Source of the DNA: Candidatus Poribacteria bacterium
GTDB lineage: Bacteria > Poribacteria > WGA-4E > GCA-2687025
Assembly (NCBI GenBank): GCA_963665845.2
Contig: OY762492.1
Location: forward strand, 2,816,001-2,880,000
Direction of reading: 5' to 3'
DNA: 64,000 nucleotides
In this document: piece by piece, positions 56,024 through 64,000 of the stretch
Numbering within the stretch: position 1 is the stretch's first letter
Layout of the letters: every line of letters starts with the position of its first letter
Notes under the pieces: generated by a model
Databases searched by the model: none
Seen by the model: only the letters and a program-made list of their open reading frames with translations
What the model was told of the DNA's origin: nothing
Made by a program: the position numbers and the translations under genes

Positions 56024-58387
56024 TTACTCCGATGATTCTTCGTCATTCGTTTCCGCCTCTTCTCCATCGATCTCTGCCGCGTCCCCTTCGACATTGATTT
56101 CGATGATCTCGTTCTCGACCGAGTTGTCGTCTCCCTCAACGTTCTCGATGTTTGAGGGATCGGTCTCGGCGTCGGTCGATTCGTCGCCGCTTTCGGTTGC
56201 GCCTTCGGGCGCCTCTTCGACGTTTTCTTCAGGCGGCGGATCTTCGGGCAGACGCTCTGGATAGACCATCAGATTCGTCCGCTCCTTCAACGCTGCCAGC
56301 CATTCGTTCAGCCGTTCCTCGCGAGCGATCTTTCCGACCGCCTTCTCTATAGTGGAACGAACCTCTTCAAAGGTTTGTTGACGCTCCGGCTTTTTTTCTT
56401 CGACTCTGAAGATCATGTAGTAGGTGACGTCTTCGCCCAGCGGTTGAACGACCACCTCGGAAACGATCTGCCCCGCCTCTGTGGAGAAAACGGCTTCGGT
56501 GAACGCCTCCGCCTGCGCGAAGGTGTTTCGGGTGATGAAGCCTGTATCGCCGTTGTTGCGTCCGCCCGGTCCCTGATTCTTCTCCGCTTCCGAGAGGGTT
56601 TGCGCCGCTTCAGCGATGTCCCGTCCGTCGGCGAGTTCGGCGAACAGCTTGTCTGCCGCCTCTTTGTCGTCCAGCAAGGTGATGCAGGTCAAGCGCGCCT
56701 TTTCAGGCTCTATATACTCGGACGCATGCTCCTCATAGTACGCTATGAGACGCTCCTCGGAGGTGTCCGCCATCCCTGAAATCTCTTTTTCATACAGCTG
56801 CTCAATCATCAGCTGGCGCCGGTATTCCGCCAGTTGGGCGATGTCCTTTTCGGTCTTTCCGAGGTTCAACGCTTCCGCTTCCAGAATCTTCAGCTCCTCT
56901 AAGGCGCGCTCTTTGACCAGCTTTGTCCATCCCTCCACGCCGGCGTATCGGCTCTTGCGGTAGGGGGGCAGCCCGTCAAAATGCTCCTGCAGTTGCCCCC
57001 ACGTGTAGGTGTGCTGAATCCCGTCCCATGTCCATTCCGCCAGCACGGTCGCAGCGTCCATCTCCAGATCGCCTAACACGACTTCGTCGGCGGGAACCAG
57101 CTCTTTCTCTTTTTCGGCGGTCGGCGGGGTGTTTACAATGTCGCCGTTGACGCTGATATTGATACCGTTTCCATCTCCCTGATTATTGTTTCCGGTATCG
57201 ACATCTACGATGTTTATTTGTAGATTTTTCGACGTTTTCTTCTTGGAAGAAGACTCAGAATCGGTCGATTCTTCGTCGCTTTCGGGCGTCTCTTCAACCG
57301 CATCTCTCATGGGCGGCTCCGGCAGCCTGTCCGGGTACAGCGTCAGCTGCCCAATCTGCTCCAGCTCCTCCGCCCAGGCGGCTTCGCGCGCTTCGGTGAT
57401 CTCTCTTTCAGCGGAGCTGTGGACGCGGTCCTTCACCTCTTCCAGCGTCTGCTGGTACGGCTCCGCCCGTTCTTCAAGCCGAAACAGCATGTAGTACGTC
57501 TCGTCGTTATACTCCAACGAAAACACCTCTTGGGTCATCTTTCCGACCTCAAGCGCGAAAGCGGCTTCGGCGAACGGCTCCGCCCCAACAAACGAATCGC
57601 GCGCAAAGAGACCCGTGTCGCCGTTGTTGCGTCCGCCCGGACCTTCGTTTAGCCCGTCTTCAGACAGCTGCTTCACAATCTCATCGAACGTGCGCGTCCC
57701 GTCCTGGACCTCTTTCAGGTAGCCGTTCGCCTGCTCCTCGTCCTTCACCGCCAAACTAAGCAGCCGGACGCGCTCTTTCAGATGGTATTTTTCAAGGTTG
57801 CGGTTGTAGTAATCTTCCGCCGCCTCGTCCGTGACGACCGCCTTGTCCTCCACCTCCAGTTTTTCAACCGCGTCCAGCATGATCTTGCGGCGCAGCTCTT
57901 CCGTCTTCGCTTCTACGACAGGGTCGTCTTCCAGCCCCAGCTCCATGGCGCGCTCAAGGGCGATGCGGCTCTCCGCCATCAAGACGAGGTAGGTTTCCCG
58001 CCCCTTTCGCCCTTCATACCGCCGCTTGTGGTAGGAGGGCAGCTCCTCTATCTCCTGCAGCAGCTCCGCCAAGTTGATCGTATGCTCATCGCCTTTCCAG
58101 GCGAAGGTTGCCAGCAGGACATCTTCCGCGTTTGCGTCCGCTTCCGACGCTTCTTCCGCTGTCGTTGTTTCTTCCGTTTCAGATTGCTCTGCTGTCGTCT
58201 CTTCCGTTTCCGATTGCGGACGCCGCCGCAAGTCTTCTGAAACGAGCGGCTCCTCCGCCGTCTCTTCTGAAACGATCGGCTCCTCCACCGCCGATTCATG
58301 CGACGCGCCGCATGCAATCAGCATGGATGAGAGAGCTGCCGCAGCAATGAATTGAACCCAATGAAACCGTTTCCATAATCTGTTCAT
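56024..58387 (-). CDS. Lipoprotein peptidyl-prolyl isomerase with two PrsA/SurA-like modules
   Basis: LIAC lipobox; duplicated GPGGRNNGDTG.F..AE.F..A.F...YYM.FR.EE; acidic linkers. Confidence 0.85.
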   Translation of the reverse strand: MNRLWKRFHWVQFIAAAALSSMLIACGASHESAVEEPIVSEETAEEPLVSEDLRRRPQSETEETTAEQSETEETTTAEEASEADANAEDVLLATFAWKGDEHTINLAELLQEIEELPSYHKRRYEGRKGRETYLVLMAESRIALERAMELGLEDDPVVEAKTEELRRKIMLDAVEKLEVEDKAVVTDEAAEDYYNRNLEKYHLKERVRLLSLAVKDEEQANGYLKEVQDGTRTFDEIVKQLSEDGLNEGPGGRNNGDTGLFARDSFVGAEPFAEAAFALEVGKMTQEVFSLEYNDETYYMLFRLEERAEPYQQTLEEVKDRVHSSAEREITEAREAAWAEELEQIGQLTLYPDRLPEPPMRDAVEETPESDEESTDSESSSKKKTSKNLQINIVDVDTGNNNQGDGNGINISVNGDIVNTPPTAEKEKELVPADEVVLGDLEMDAATVLAEWTWDGIQHTYTWGQLQEHFDGLPPYRKSRYAGVEGWTKLVKERALEELKILEAEALNLGKTEKDIAQLAEYRRQLMIEQLYEKEISGMADTSEERLIAYYEEHASEYIEPEKARLTCITLLDDKEAADKLFAELADGRDIAEAAQTLSEAEKNQGPGGRNNGDTGFITRNTFAQAEAFTEAVFSTEAGQIVSEVVVQPLGEDVTYYMIFRVEEKKPERQQTFEEVRSTIEKAVGKIAREERLNEWLAALKERTNLMVYPERLPEDPPPEENVEEAPEGATESGDESTDAETDPSNIENVEGDDNSVENEIIEINVEGDAAEIDGEEAETNDEESSE

Positions 58388-61300
58388 GAACGGTACGCCT
58401 CCTCTTTAGGTACTTCCAGCATGTCAAAAATAGTATGCAACTGTGAAAAGATGTCGTCTGCTCGGTTTGAAGGCAAGGGCGCCGACAGCTGCGAGGGCGG
58501 TATCAGCCGCGCCTTTGCGTCCGAGTTGACCAGCGCCAACACGCGCTCCACCTCCACCTTCGCCAGTTTTTCGTCGAACGAGATTCGCGCCTCGCCGCCG
58601 ACCGCCGACAGCGACGACGCGCCGAGAGCCGACGCCCTCCCCTTTAAGCATGCAATCTCCAGCAGACAGCGCGCCTCGTCAGGCAAGGGACCGTATCGGT
58701 CGCGCATTTCATCGATGATCATGTCCCGATCCTCCATCGTACGGACGCGCGCAACGCGCCTGTAAAGCGCGAACTTGGCGCCGTTGTCCGCGATGTACTC
58801 GTCCGGCAGATACGCCGCCATCGGAAAGCGCATCTTTGTTTCCAGCTCCTGTTCAATCTCCTCGCCTTTCAGCTCGGCTACAGCGTTTTTCAACAGGCGG
58901 CAATACAGATCATACCCGACCGACGCCATATGTCCATGCTGCTCCGGTCCGAGCAGGTTGCCGGCGCCGCGTATTTCCATATCGCGCAGAGCTATTTTAA
59001 ACCCTGCGCCCAGTTCTGTAAACTCTTCAATGACGCGGAGCCGTTTTAGGGAGGTTTCGCCAAGCGTTCGGTCGTTCGGATACATCAAAAAGCCGTACGC
59101 CCGCCGGTCGGAGCGCCCGACGCGGCCGCGGAGCTGATACAGCTGCGCCAAGCCGAGGGCGTCCGCGCGGTTCACAAGGATCGTGTTGACATTTGGGATG
59201 TCCAAACCGGACTCGATGATCGTCGTGCATACGAGAACGTCGCTTTCATGCTGAATAAAGCGGAGCATGGCGTCCTCCAAAACGCGCGCCCGCATCTGTC
59301 CATGCGCGACCGAGAAGCGCGCCTCCGGAACCAGCTGGCGCAGATTTTCGGCGACCGCCTCAATGCCTTTAACGCGGTTATGCACAAAGAACGCTTGACC
59401 CTCCCGACCCAGCTCGCGCAGGATGGCGGCGCGCACCAGATCCGGCCGGTATTCGGTCACATACGTTTCAATCGGCAGGCGGTTTTCAGGCGCCGTCGCG
59501 ATGACGCTCATATCCCGCGCGCCCGACACCGCCATATGGAGCGTCCGCGGAATCGGCGTCGCGGTGAGCGTCAACGTGTCAACCCCCTTCTTGAGCTGCT
59601 TCAACCGCTCCTTCTGCTTCACTCCGAACCGATGCTCCTCGTCGATCACCAGCAAGCCGAGCTGCCGAAACTGCACATCCGCCGACAGCAGGCGGTGCGT
59701 CCCGACGACCAGATCGACCGTTCCGTTGGCGAGATGGGCGATCGTCAGCTTGTTCTCTTTAGGAGGAGTCAAGCGGCTTAGCAGGCGCGCCTGTATCGGA
59801 AATTCTTTAAAACGCTCCTGGATCGTGTGGTAATGCTGCTGCGCCAGAACGGTTGTCGGGGCTAAAAAGGCGGCTTGGGCGCCGTCCATGACCGCTTTGA
59901 ACGCGGCGCGCATGGCGACCTCCGTTTTGCCGTATCCGACATCGCCGCAGATGAGCCTGTCCATGGGGCGCGCCCGCTCCATATCCTCTTTCACATCCTC
60001 AATCGCGGTTGCCTGGTCGGGCGTTTCTTCATACGGAAATGCCGCTTCAAACTCTTTTTGCCAGAGCGTGTCGGACGAATAAGCGCGCCCCGGCATCGCC
60101 TCCCGCTGCGCATAAAGAGACAGCAGCTCCTTCGCCAACAACTCGGCGGAACGCTTCGCCCGCGCGGACGCCCGTTTCCATGCGGTCCCGCCGATGCGGT
60201 CTAGCGCGGGTCCTTTTTCTCTCTGCGGACCGACATACCTTTGTACCAGCTCAATGTTATGGACCGGCACATAAAGCATGTCGCCGCCGGCATATTCTAA
60301 CAGGAGAAAATCTTGCGCCTGCCCGTCGGAACTCATGCGCCGTATTCCCCTGTATCGACCGATGCCATGCGCGATATGGGCGACATAATCCCCCTCGCCC
60401 AGCTCCATAAGGCTCAACAGGGGAACGCCTTCTCGGCGCCGCGACCGGGTCGGCAGGCTGCGCGCCCGTCCAAAAGCGGCTTCATGCGACACCACGGCGG
60501 ACTGCATCTCTTCGCTCACGAAAGAGGCGGAGAGCGGCATCGATTCGACCGCGACTGTTTCTTTGAGCAGACCGCGCTCTTTTAACAGATCGCGCAGCTG
60601 CATGCTGGACGCCTCGTCCGCGCAGCCGACCAGCGTTTGCCAGCCGTCCGCCAGCCATGCGTTCAGCGCCTCAAAGAAGGGCTGAAGCCCGCCCTTGCCT
60701 AAAACGACCGGCTGCGTTTGAAAATCGATGCGGGTCGATTCGCCGCTCCCGTCCACCGGCGTCAAAGAGGAGCGAATCGTTTTGAAACGGGACATTGCCT
60801 CCCGCAGACGCTTTTCGTTGAGGTACGTTTCCTCCGCTGTCGTCCAGAGCCTGTCTTCGCCGCGCGCCTGCTCGGCTAGCGCGTCCACTTTTTCATGAAA
60901 GCGGTTCAGCTCGCGGAACATCCAGCGCGGCTCCGACATGATCAGAATGGAGTTGTCGGGCGCCATGTCTAAAAGCGTTTTTCCGTTTGGGAACAGCAGC
61001 GGATAATAACGCTCCATTCCGATTGGCGCGTCCGATTCATAGATCTGCTCGGTGAGCTCGTCGATTTCGGCGCGCAGACGGGCGGAGGGGTTTTCGGCGG
61101 CTCTGGCGTTGGCGCGCGTCGTCCATTCTTGCCGCGCGTCGTCGGTCAACAGCGTCTCGCCCGCCGGCGTCAAACGCAGCGACTCCAGCGCATGCATCGA
61201 CCGCTGCGTTCCCTCGTCAAATGCCCGTATCGATTCGATGTCGTCGCCCCAGAATTCGATGCGGGCGGGGCGGTCGAAGGTTGGGGGGTAGATGTCCACG

Positions 61301-61845
61301 ATGCCGCCGCGCACGGCAAACTCGCCCCGCGCCTCCACCGTATCGCGCCGGCGGTAACCGAGGCGGGTCAGCGAATCCGCGAGCTTCTGAAAGTCGAAAG
61401 TTTTACCGACCTCAAGAACGGGCGGCGCCTTGAGCGGTTCGTCTATCGGCGGAAGCCGCTGCGCAAGCGCATACGCCGACGCCGCGACGACGCCCCCGCT
61501 GATCAGCGTTTCCGCCGCCTCGATACGGTCGGCGCGCAAAGCCCAGAGCGAGTCGGAGCCGAGCTCGCCGTAGATGTCCGGCACAAGAGGGAAGCATGCC
61601 GCGTTGGAGACGCCGAACGTTTTGAGGTCGTTCTGCCATTTTCGAGCGTCCGCCTGCGTCGGCAGCGCGCAGAGAATGGAGGCGCCGGGCGGAAGCGTTT
61701 GACGCAGGGCGGCGGTGAGCATCGCGCCCGCCGATCCATGAAGCCCTGTTATATCCACAACGAGCGGGGCGTCCGAAGCGTCTAAGTGGCGCAGCAGCGC
61801 ACGGAACGGCTCAAACTTGAGAAGACGGTCTATGAAGGCGCGCAT
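58384..61845 (-). CDS. mfd: Transcription-repair coupling factor
   Basis: RGGIVDI; HGIGRY; GDVGYGKTE; DEEH; TATPIPRT; QLRGRVGR; TRCF domain. Confidence 0.97.
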   Translation of the reverse strand: MRAFIDRLLKFEPFRALLRHLDASDAPLVVDITGLHGSAGAMLTAALRQTLPPGASILCALPTQADARKWQNDLKTFGVSNAACFPLVPDIYGELGSDSLWALRADRIEAAETLISGGVVAASAYALAQRLPPIDEPLKAPPVLEVGKTFDFQKLADSLTRLGYRRRDTVEARGEFAVRGGIVDIYPPTFDRPARIEFWGDDIESIRAFDEGTQRSMHALESLRLTPAGETLLTDDARQEWTTRANARAAENPSARLRAEIDELTEQIYESDAPIGMERYYPLLFPNGKTLLDMAPDNSILIMSEPRWMFRELNRFHEKVDALAEQARGEDRLWTTAEETYLNEKRLREAMSRFKTIRSSLTPVDGSGESTRIDFQTQPVVLGKGGLQPFFEALNAWLADGWQTLVGCADEASSMQLRDLLKERGLLKETVAVESMPLSASFVSEEMQSAVVSHEAAFGRARSLPTRSRRREGVPLLSLMELGEGDYVAHIAHGIGRYRGIRRMSSDGQAQDFLLLEYAGGDMLYVPVHNIELVQRYVGPQREKGPALDRIGGTAWKRASARAKRSAELLAKELLSLYAQREAMPGRAYSSDTLWQKEFEAAFPYEETPDQATAIEDVKEDMERARPMDRLICGDVGYGKTEVAMRAAFKAVMDGAQAAFLAPTTVLAQQHYHTIQERFKEFPIQARLLSRLTPPKENKLTIAHLANGTVDLVVGTHRLLSADVQFRQLGLLVIDEEHRFGVKQKERLKQLKKGVDTLTLTATPIPRTLHMAVSGARDMSVIATAPENRLPIETYVTEYRPDLVRAAILRELGREGQAFFVHNRVKGIEAVAENLRQLVPEARFSVAHGQMRARVLEDAMLRFIQHESDVLVCTTIIESGLDIPNVNTILVNRADALGLAQLYQLRGRVGRSDRRAYGFLMYPNDRTLGETSLKRLRVIEEFTELGAGFKIALRDMEIRGAGNLLGPEQHGHMASVGYDLYCRLLKNAVAELKGEEIEQELETKMRFPMAAYLPDEYIADNGAKFALYRRVARVRTMEDRDMIIDEMRDRYGPLPDEARCLLEIACLKGRASALGASSLSAVGGEARISFDEKLAKVEVERVLALVNSDAKARLIPPSQLSAPLPSNRADDIFSQLHTIFDMLEVPKEEAYRS

Positions 61846-61889
61846 ACGGGTTTATGTTAACCGAGAGAACGCCGTATGTAAAGTTCAAC

Positions 61890-62310
61890 CTCTGACCTTA
61901 GCGCTTTAGTTGGGACATTCCGCCTGGCGAACGCGGACGTCTTCTGCGGCGGGTAGGGCGCGGGGTTTCTGGACTCCCCCCTTGAAAAGGGGGGCTGGGG
62001 GGTTTTAGCTGCGCGCAGAATTTCGTACATCATCGCCTATAGGGGCTGCCGCCTTACGTCTTAAGTTGGGACATGTCGGCATGGGAACGCGGACGTCTTC
62101 CGCGGCGCCTCTAGATTCCCGCTTACGCGGGAATGACCGTCTGATTGGCGGAGCCTTTTCCCATAAATAAAGGCTTTGTTCGTTCAAATGTCCCAACTTT
62201 AGGCATGAGGTCGGCAACCCTACTAAAGAATCGCAACAGCCTCTGAAAAGGTTTGCCAATCAGATCGTCACTCCTGCCCCTGCGGTAAATGTGCGGGAAT
62301 CTTAGGCGCC
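61890..62310. repeat. Composite cluster of MITE-like ends and palindromes
   Basis: CTGACCTTA..AGTTGGGACA at 61892, a second such end at about 62046, the opposing end at about 62188-62213, plus palindromes and a C/G hairpin. Confidence 0.8.
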
Positions 62311-62316
62311 GCGTCA

Positions 62317-62889
62317 TTATGGAACGCCGTCTGCCCAGTCGGATGCTGTCAGCGGCTCTGCGGGATGCGCGATCAGGTTGAGACGCTGCCCAGGGTCCTC
62401 ATCCCGTTCAAACGACAGCTCCCCCGCCGACGCCAGCGCCGCGCGGATGTCCGCCTCTAGAGCCGCCGCCGTCTCCGCGTCGTTCGGAAAGCCGAGGCGG
62501 TCGTTCATGACAAACTCCAGCCGATCCGTCTGTACCTTGACGCCGATGTCCGCCTCTTCCAGCAGGCATGCATACCGCGCCGTCTCCGCGACCAGCTGTT
62601 GAAGCCGCTCAACGTTCGTTCCGCTGAACGGCTCGCGCCGGCTGTACAACAACCCCAGCTCCCCGCGCCGGTCATCGATGCTCACATGCTTTTCCGTACC
62701 GATGATGAGAACGCCCGGCCCCTGCGGCATATGCGTGTAGTCGGCGATGTCCAGCCACTCTTCGTTGTCGGGATCCGCCTTCAGCCAATGTGTGAAGACC
62801 TGAACGCACTTTTCCCAGTCCACCTCGACCGAATCGTCCAAAAACAGCTTCAGGTCGATTCGGTCGAGGTTCAGCGTGTCGTTGTTCAT
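62317..62889 (-). CDS. Hypothetical protein coupled to the reductase gene
   Basis: 4-bp overlap with the upstream stop; IADYTHMPQGPGV and NDRL motifs. Confidence 0.7.
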   Translation of the reverse strand: MNNDTLNLDRIDLKLFLDDSVEVDWEKCVQVFTHWLKADPDNEEWLDIADYTHMPQGPGVLIIGTEKHVSIDDRRGELGLLYSRREPFSGTNVERLQQLVAETARYACLLEEADIGVKVQTDRLEFVMNDRLGFPNDAETAAALEADIRAALASAGELSFERDEDPGQRLNLIAHPAEPLTASDWADGVP

Positions 62890-63998
62890 TCCGCTTTCCG
62901 TATGATGAGCCGGTAATGGTCGCCGATCTTCTTCGTGTCGACGATCTCTTGCCCGTCGTTTTTGAGGCTGGCGGGAACGTTCCGAATCGGCTCGCCGTCA
63001 TCGATCGTGATCTCCAGCAGCTCGCCGACGTTCATCTGCTCCATGCGCAGCTTCGTGCGGACGTAGTTGTAGGGGCAGGCGACGCCTTTCAGGTCAAGGC
63101 TGTCGACGATCTCTTCAACCTTCTCCGCCGGTTTGGCGGGAGCCTTCGGAGCCGTTTTGACAGCTTTCTTCGGTTTCTTCTCCGTCTGAACCTGCATGCG
63201 CCCGTACACCTCATGCGCCTGCTCGACAAACAGGGTCGCTTCTTCGATGGCGATGTGGGCGCGCTCTTCGTCCAGCGCCGACTTGTCCATCTCGATGTAC
63301 TTGTCGAAGAACTCGGCGAACGGCGCCCAGAACTGCGCCGTCTCCACAAACTCGCGCTTGAAGTCCGCGGCGGTCGTCTGCAGGTCTTTCTGCTGAATGC
63401 CTTTCGTCGTCAGCAGGGCGTCCGCGGCGCGCTGCATCCCTTGCAGCGTGTGCAGCGCGGTCGCTTCGTACTGATCTTTTTCAAAGCGCAGCGCCGCCTC
63501 GTAGAGCCAGCGGTCCGCTTCCGTCAGCATGAACTCAACCAGATCAACCAGTTCGCCGGCGCATTCGCCCGTCCCCGACTGGAGCGAGAACTCGCGCGCA
63601 TGCCCCCAGTCGAAGTAGAAGCTGTCGTCGTCGTCAAAGTCCGGCAGGTCGTTGAATTCGGTCAGGTTCTCCTTGACCGTTTGAACGCCGATGCGCTCAA
63701 CGAAGTTGGCGAACGCTTCGCCCTCCTCCGCCTGCGCCCGGTAAAGTTCCAGGAGCCTGTCCGCAAACGCCGGCGCCTGTTTGGACGGCACCTTGCCGAT
63801 TGCAAGCCCGAACGACTGCGCATTCCCCTGCTGCTGCCCGCCGAGAACGACCTGGAAATGCGGCGACACATGCCCGCTTTTCCGCATGACCGACCCAAAG
63901 AAGCCGATGTCGGCGATGTGATGCTGACCGCATGAGTTCGGGCAGCCGCTGATCTTGACGCTCAAATGGCGGACATCGTCGTACGACTCGTCCAAAAA
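62886..63998 (-). CDS. Nitrite/sulfite reductase (siroheme) C-terminal part fused to a TusA/SirA domain (5'-truncated)
   Basis: KISGCPNSCGQHHIADIG; C-terminal LDLKGVACPYNYVRTK...DDGEP..NVP. Confidence 0.88.
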   Translation of the reverse strand, partial: FLDESYDDVRHLSVKISGCPNSCGQHHIADIGFFGSVMRKSGHVSPHFQVVLGGQQQGNAQSFGLAIGKVPSKQAPAFADRLLELYRAQAEEGEAFANFVERIGVQTVKENLTEFNDLPDFDDDDSFYFDWGHAREFSLQSGTGECAGELVDLVEFMLTEADRWLYEAALRFEKDQYEATALHTLQGMQRAADALLTTKGIQQKDLQTTAADFKREFVETAQFWAPFAEFFDKYIEMDKSALDEERAHIAIEEATLFVEQAHEVYGRMQVQTEKKPKKAVKTAPKAPAKPAEKVEEIVDSLDLKGVACPYNYVRTKLRMEQMNVGELLEITIDDGEPIRNVPASLKNDGQEIVDTKKIGDHYRLIIRKAE

Positions 63999-64000
63999 CT

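Overview
High-GC bacterial chromosomal segment. Its gene repertoire suggests Candidatus Poribacteria or a similar host-associated lineage (inference): many WD40, TPR, LamG, PhyH and Gfo/Idh/MocA genes, a FlgD-Ig/T9SS-like C-terminal domain and a recurrent C-terminal V-x-P-x-G-K/R-x-A-x-x-W-x-x-L-K motif. It holds about 48 genes, including an alpha-2-macroglobulin (5'-truncated), amtB, a sulfatase, coaX, an SLT transglycosylase, a HelY-like helicase, folE, comEC, an mfd-PPIase-SurA-lptD operon, a sulfite/nitrite reductase-TusA fusion (5'-truncated) and tRNA-Arg(CCG). Intergenic spaces are filled with composite palindromic repeats and MITE-like elements. The most striking feature is an integrase-less ~2.7 kb island (46212-48902) bracketed by 170-bp direct repeats whose 8 differences are all synonymous. 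It has its own consensus promoter and encodes a stand-alone terminase ATPase-like domain with an altered Walker B and no nuclease domain, a TM2/DUF5683-like membrane protein and a lipoprotein, making it a candidate anti-phage or exclusion cassette. Other notable items are an ABC-type ATPase plus PIN pair next to an MTase-HNH fusion and an HhH-fused FolE, and an LptD carrying parvulin domains inserted in its barrel. All functional calls come from motif recognition by eye; no database searches were run.
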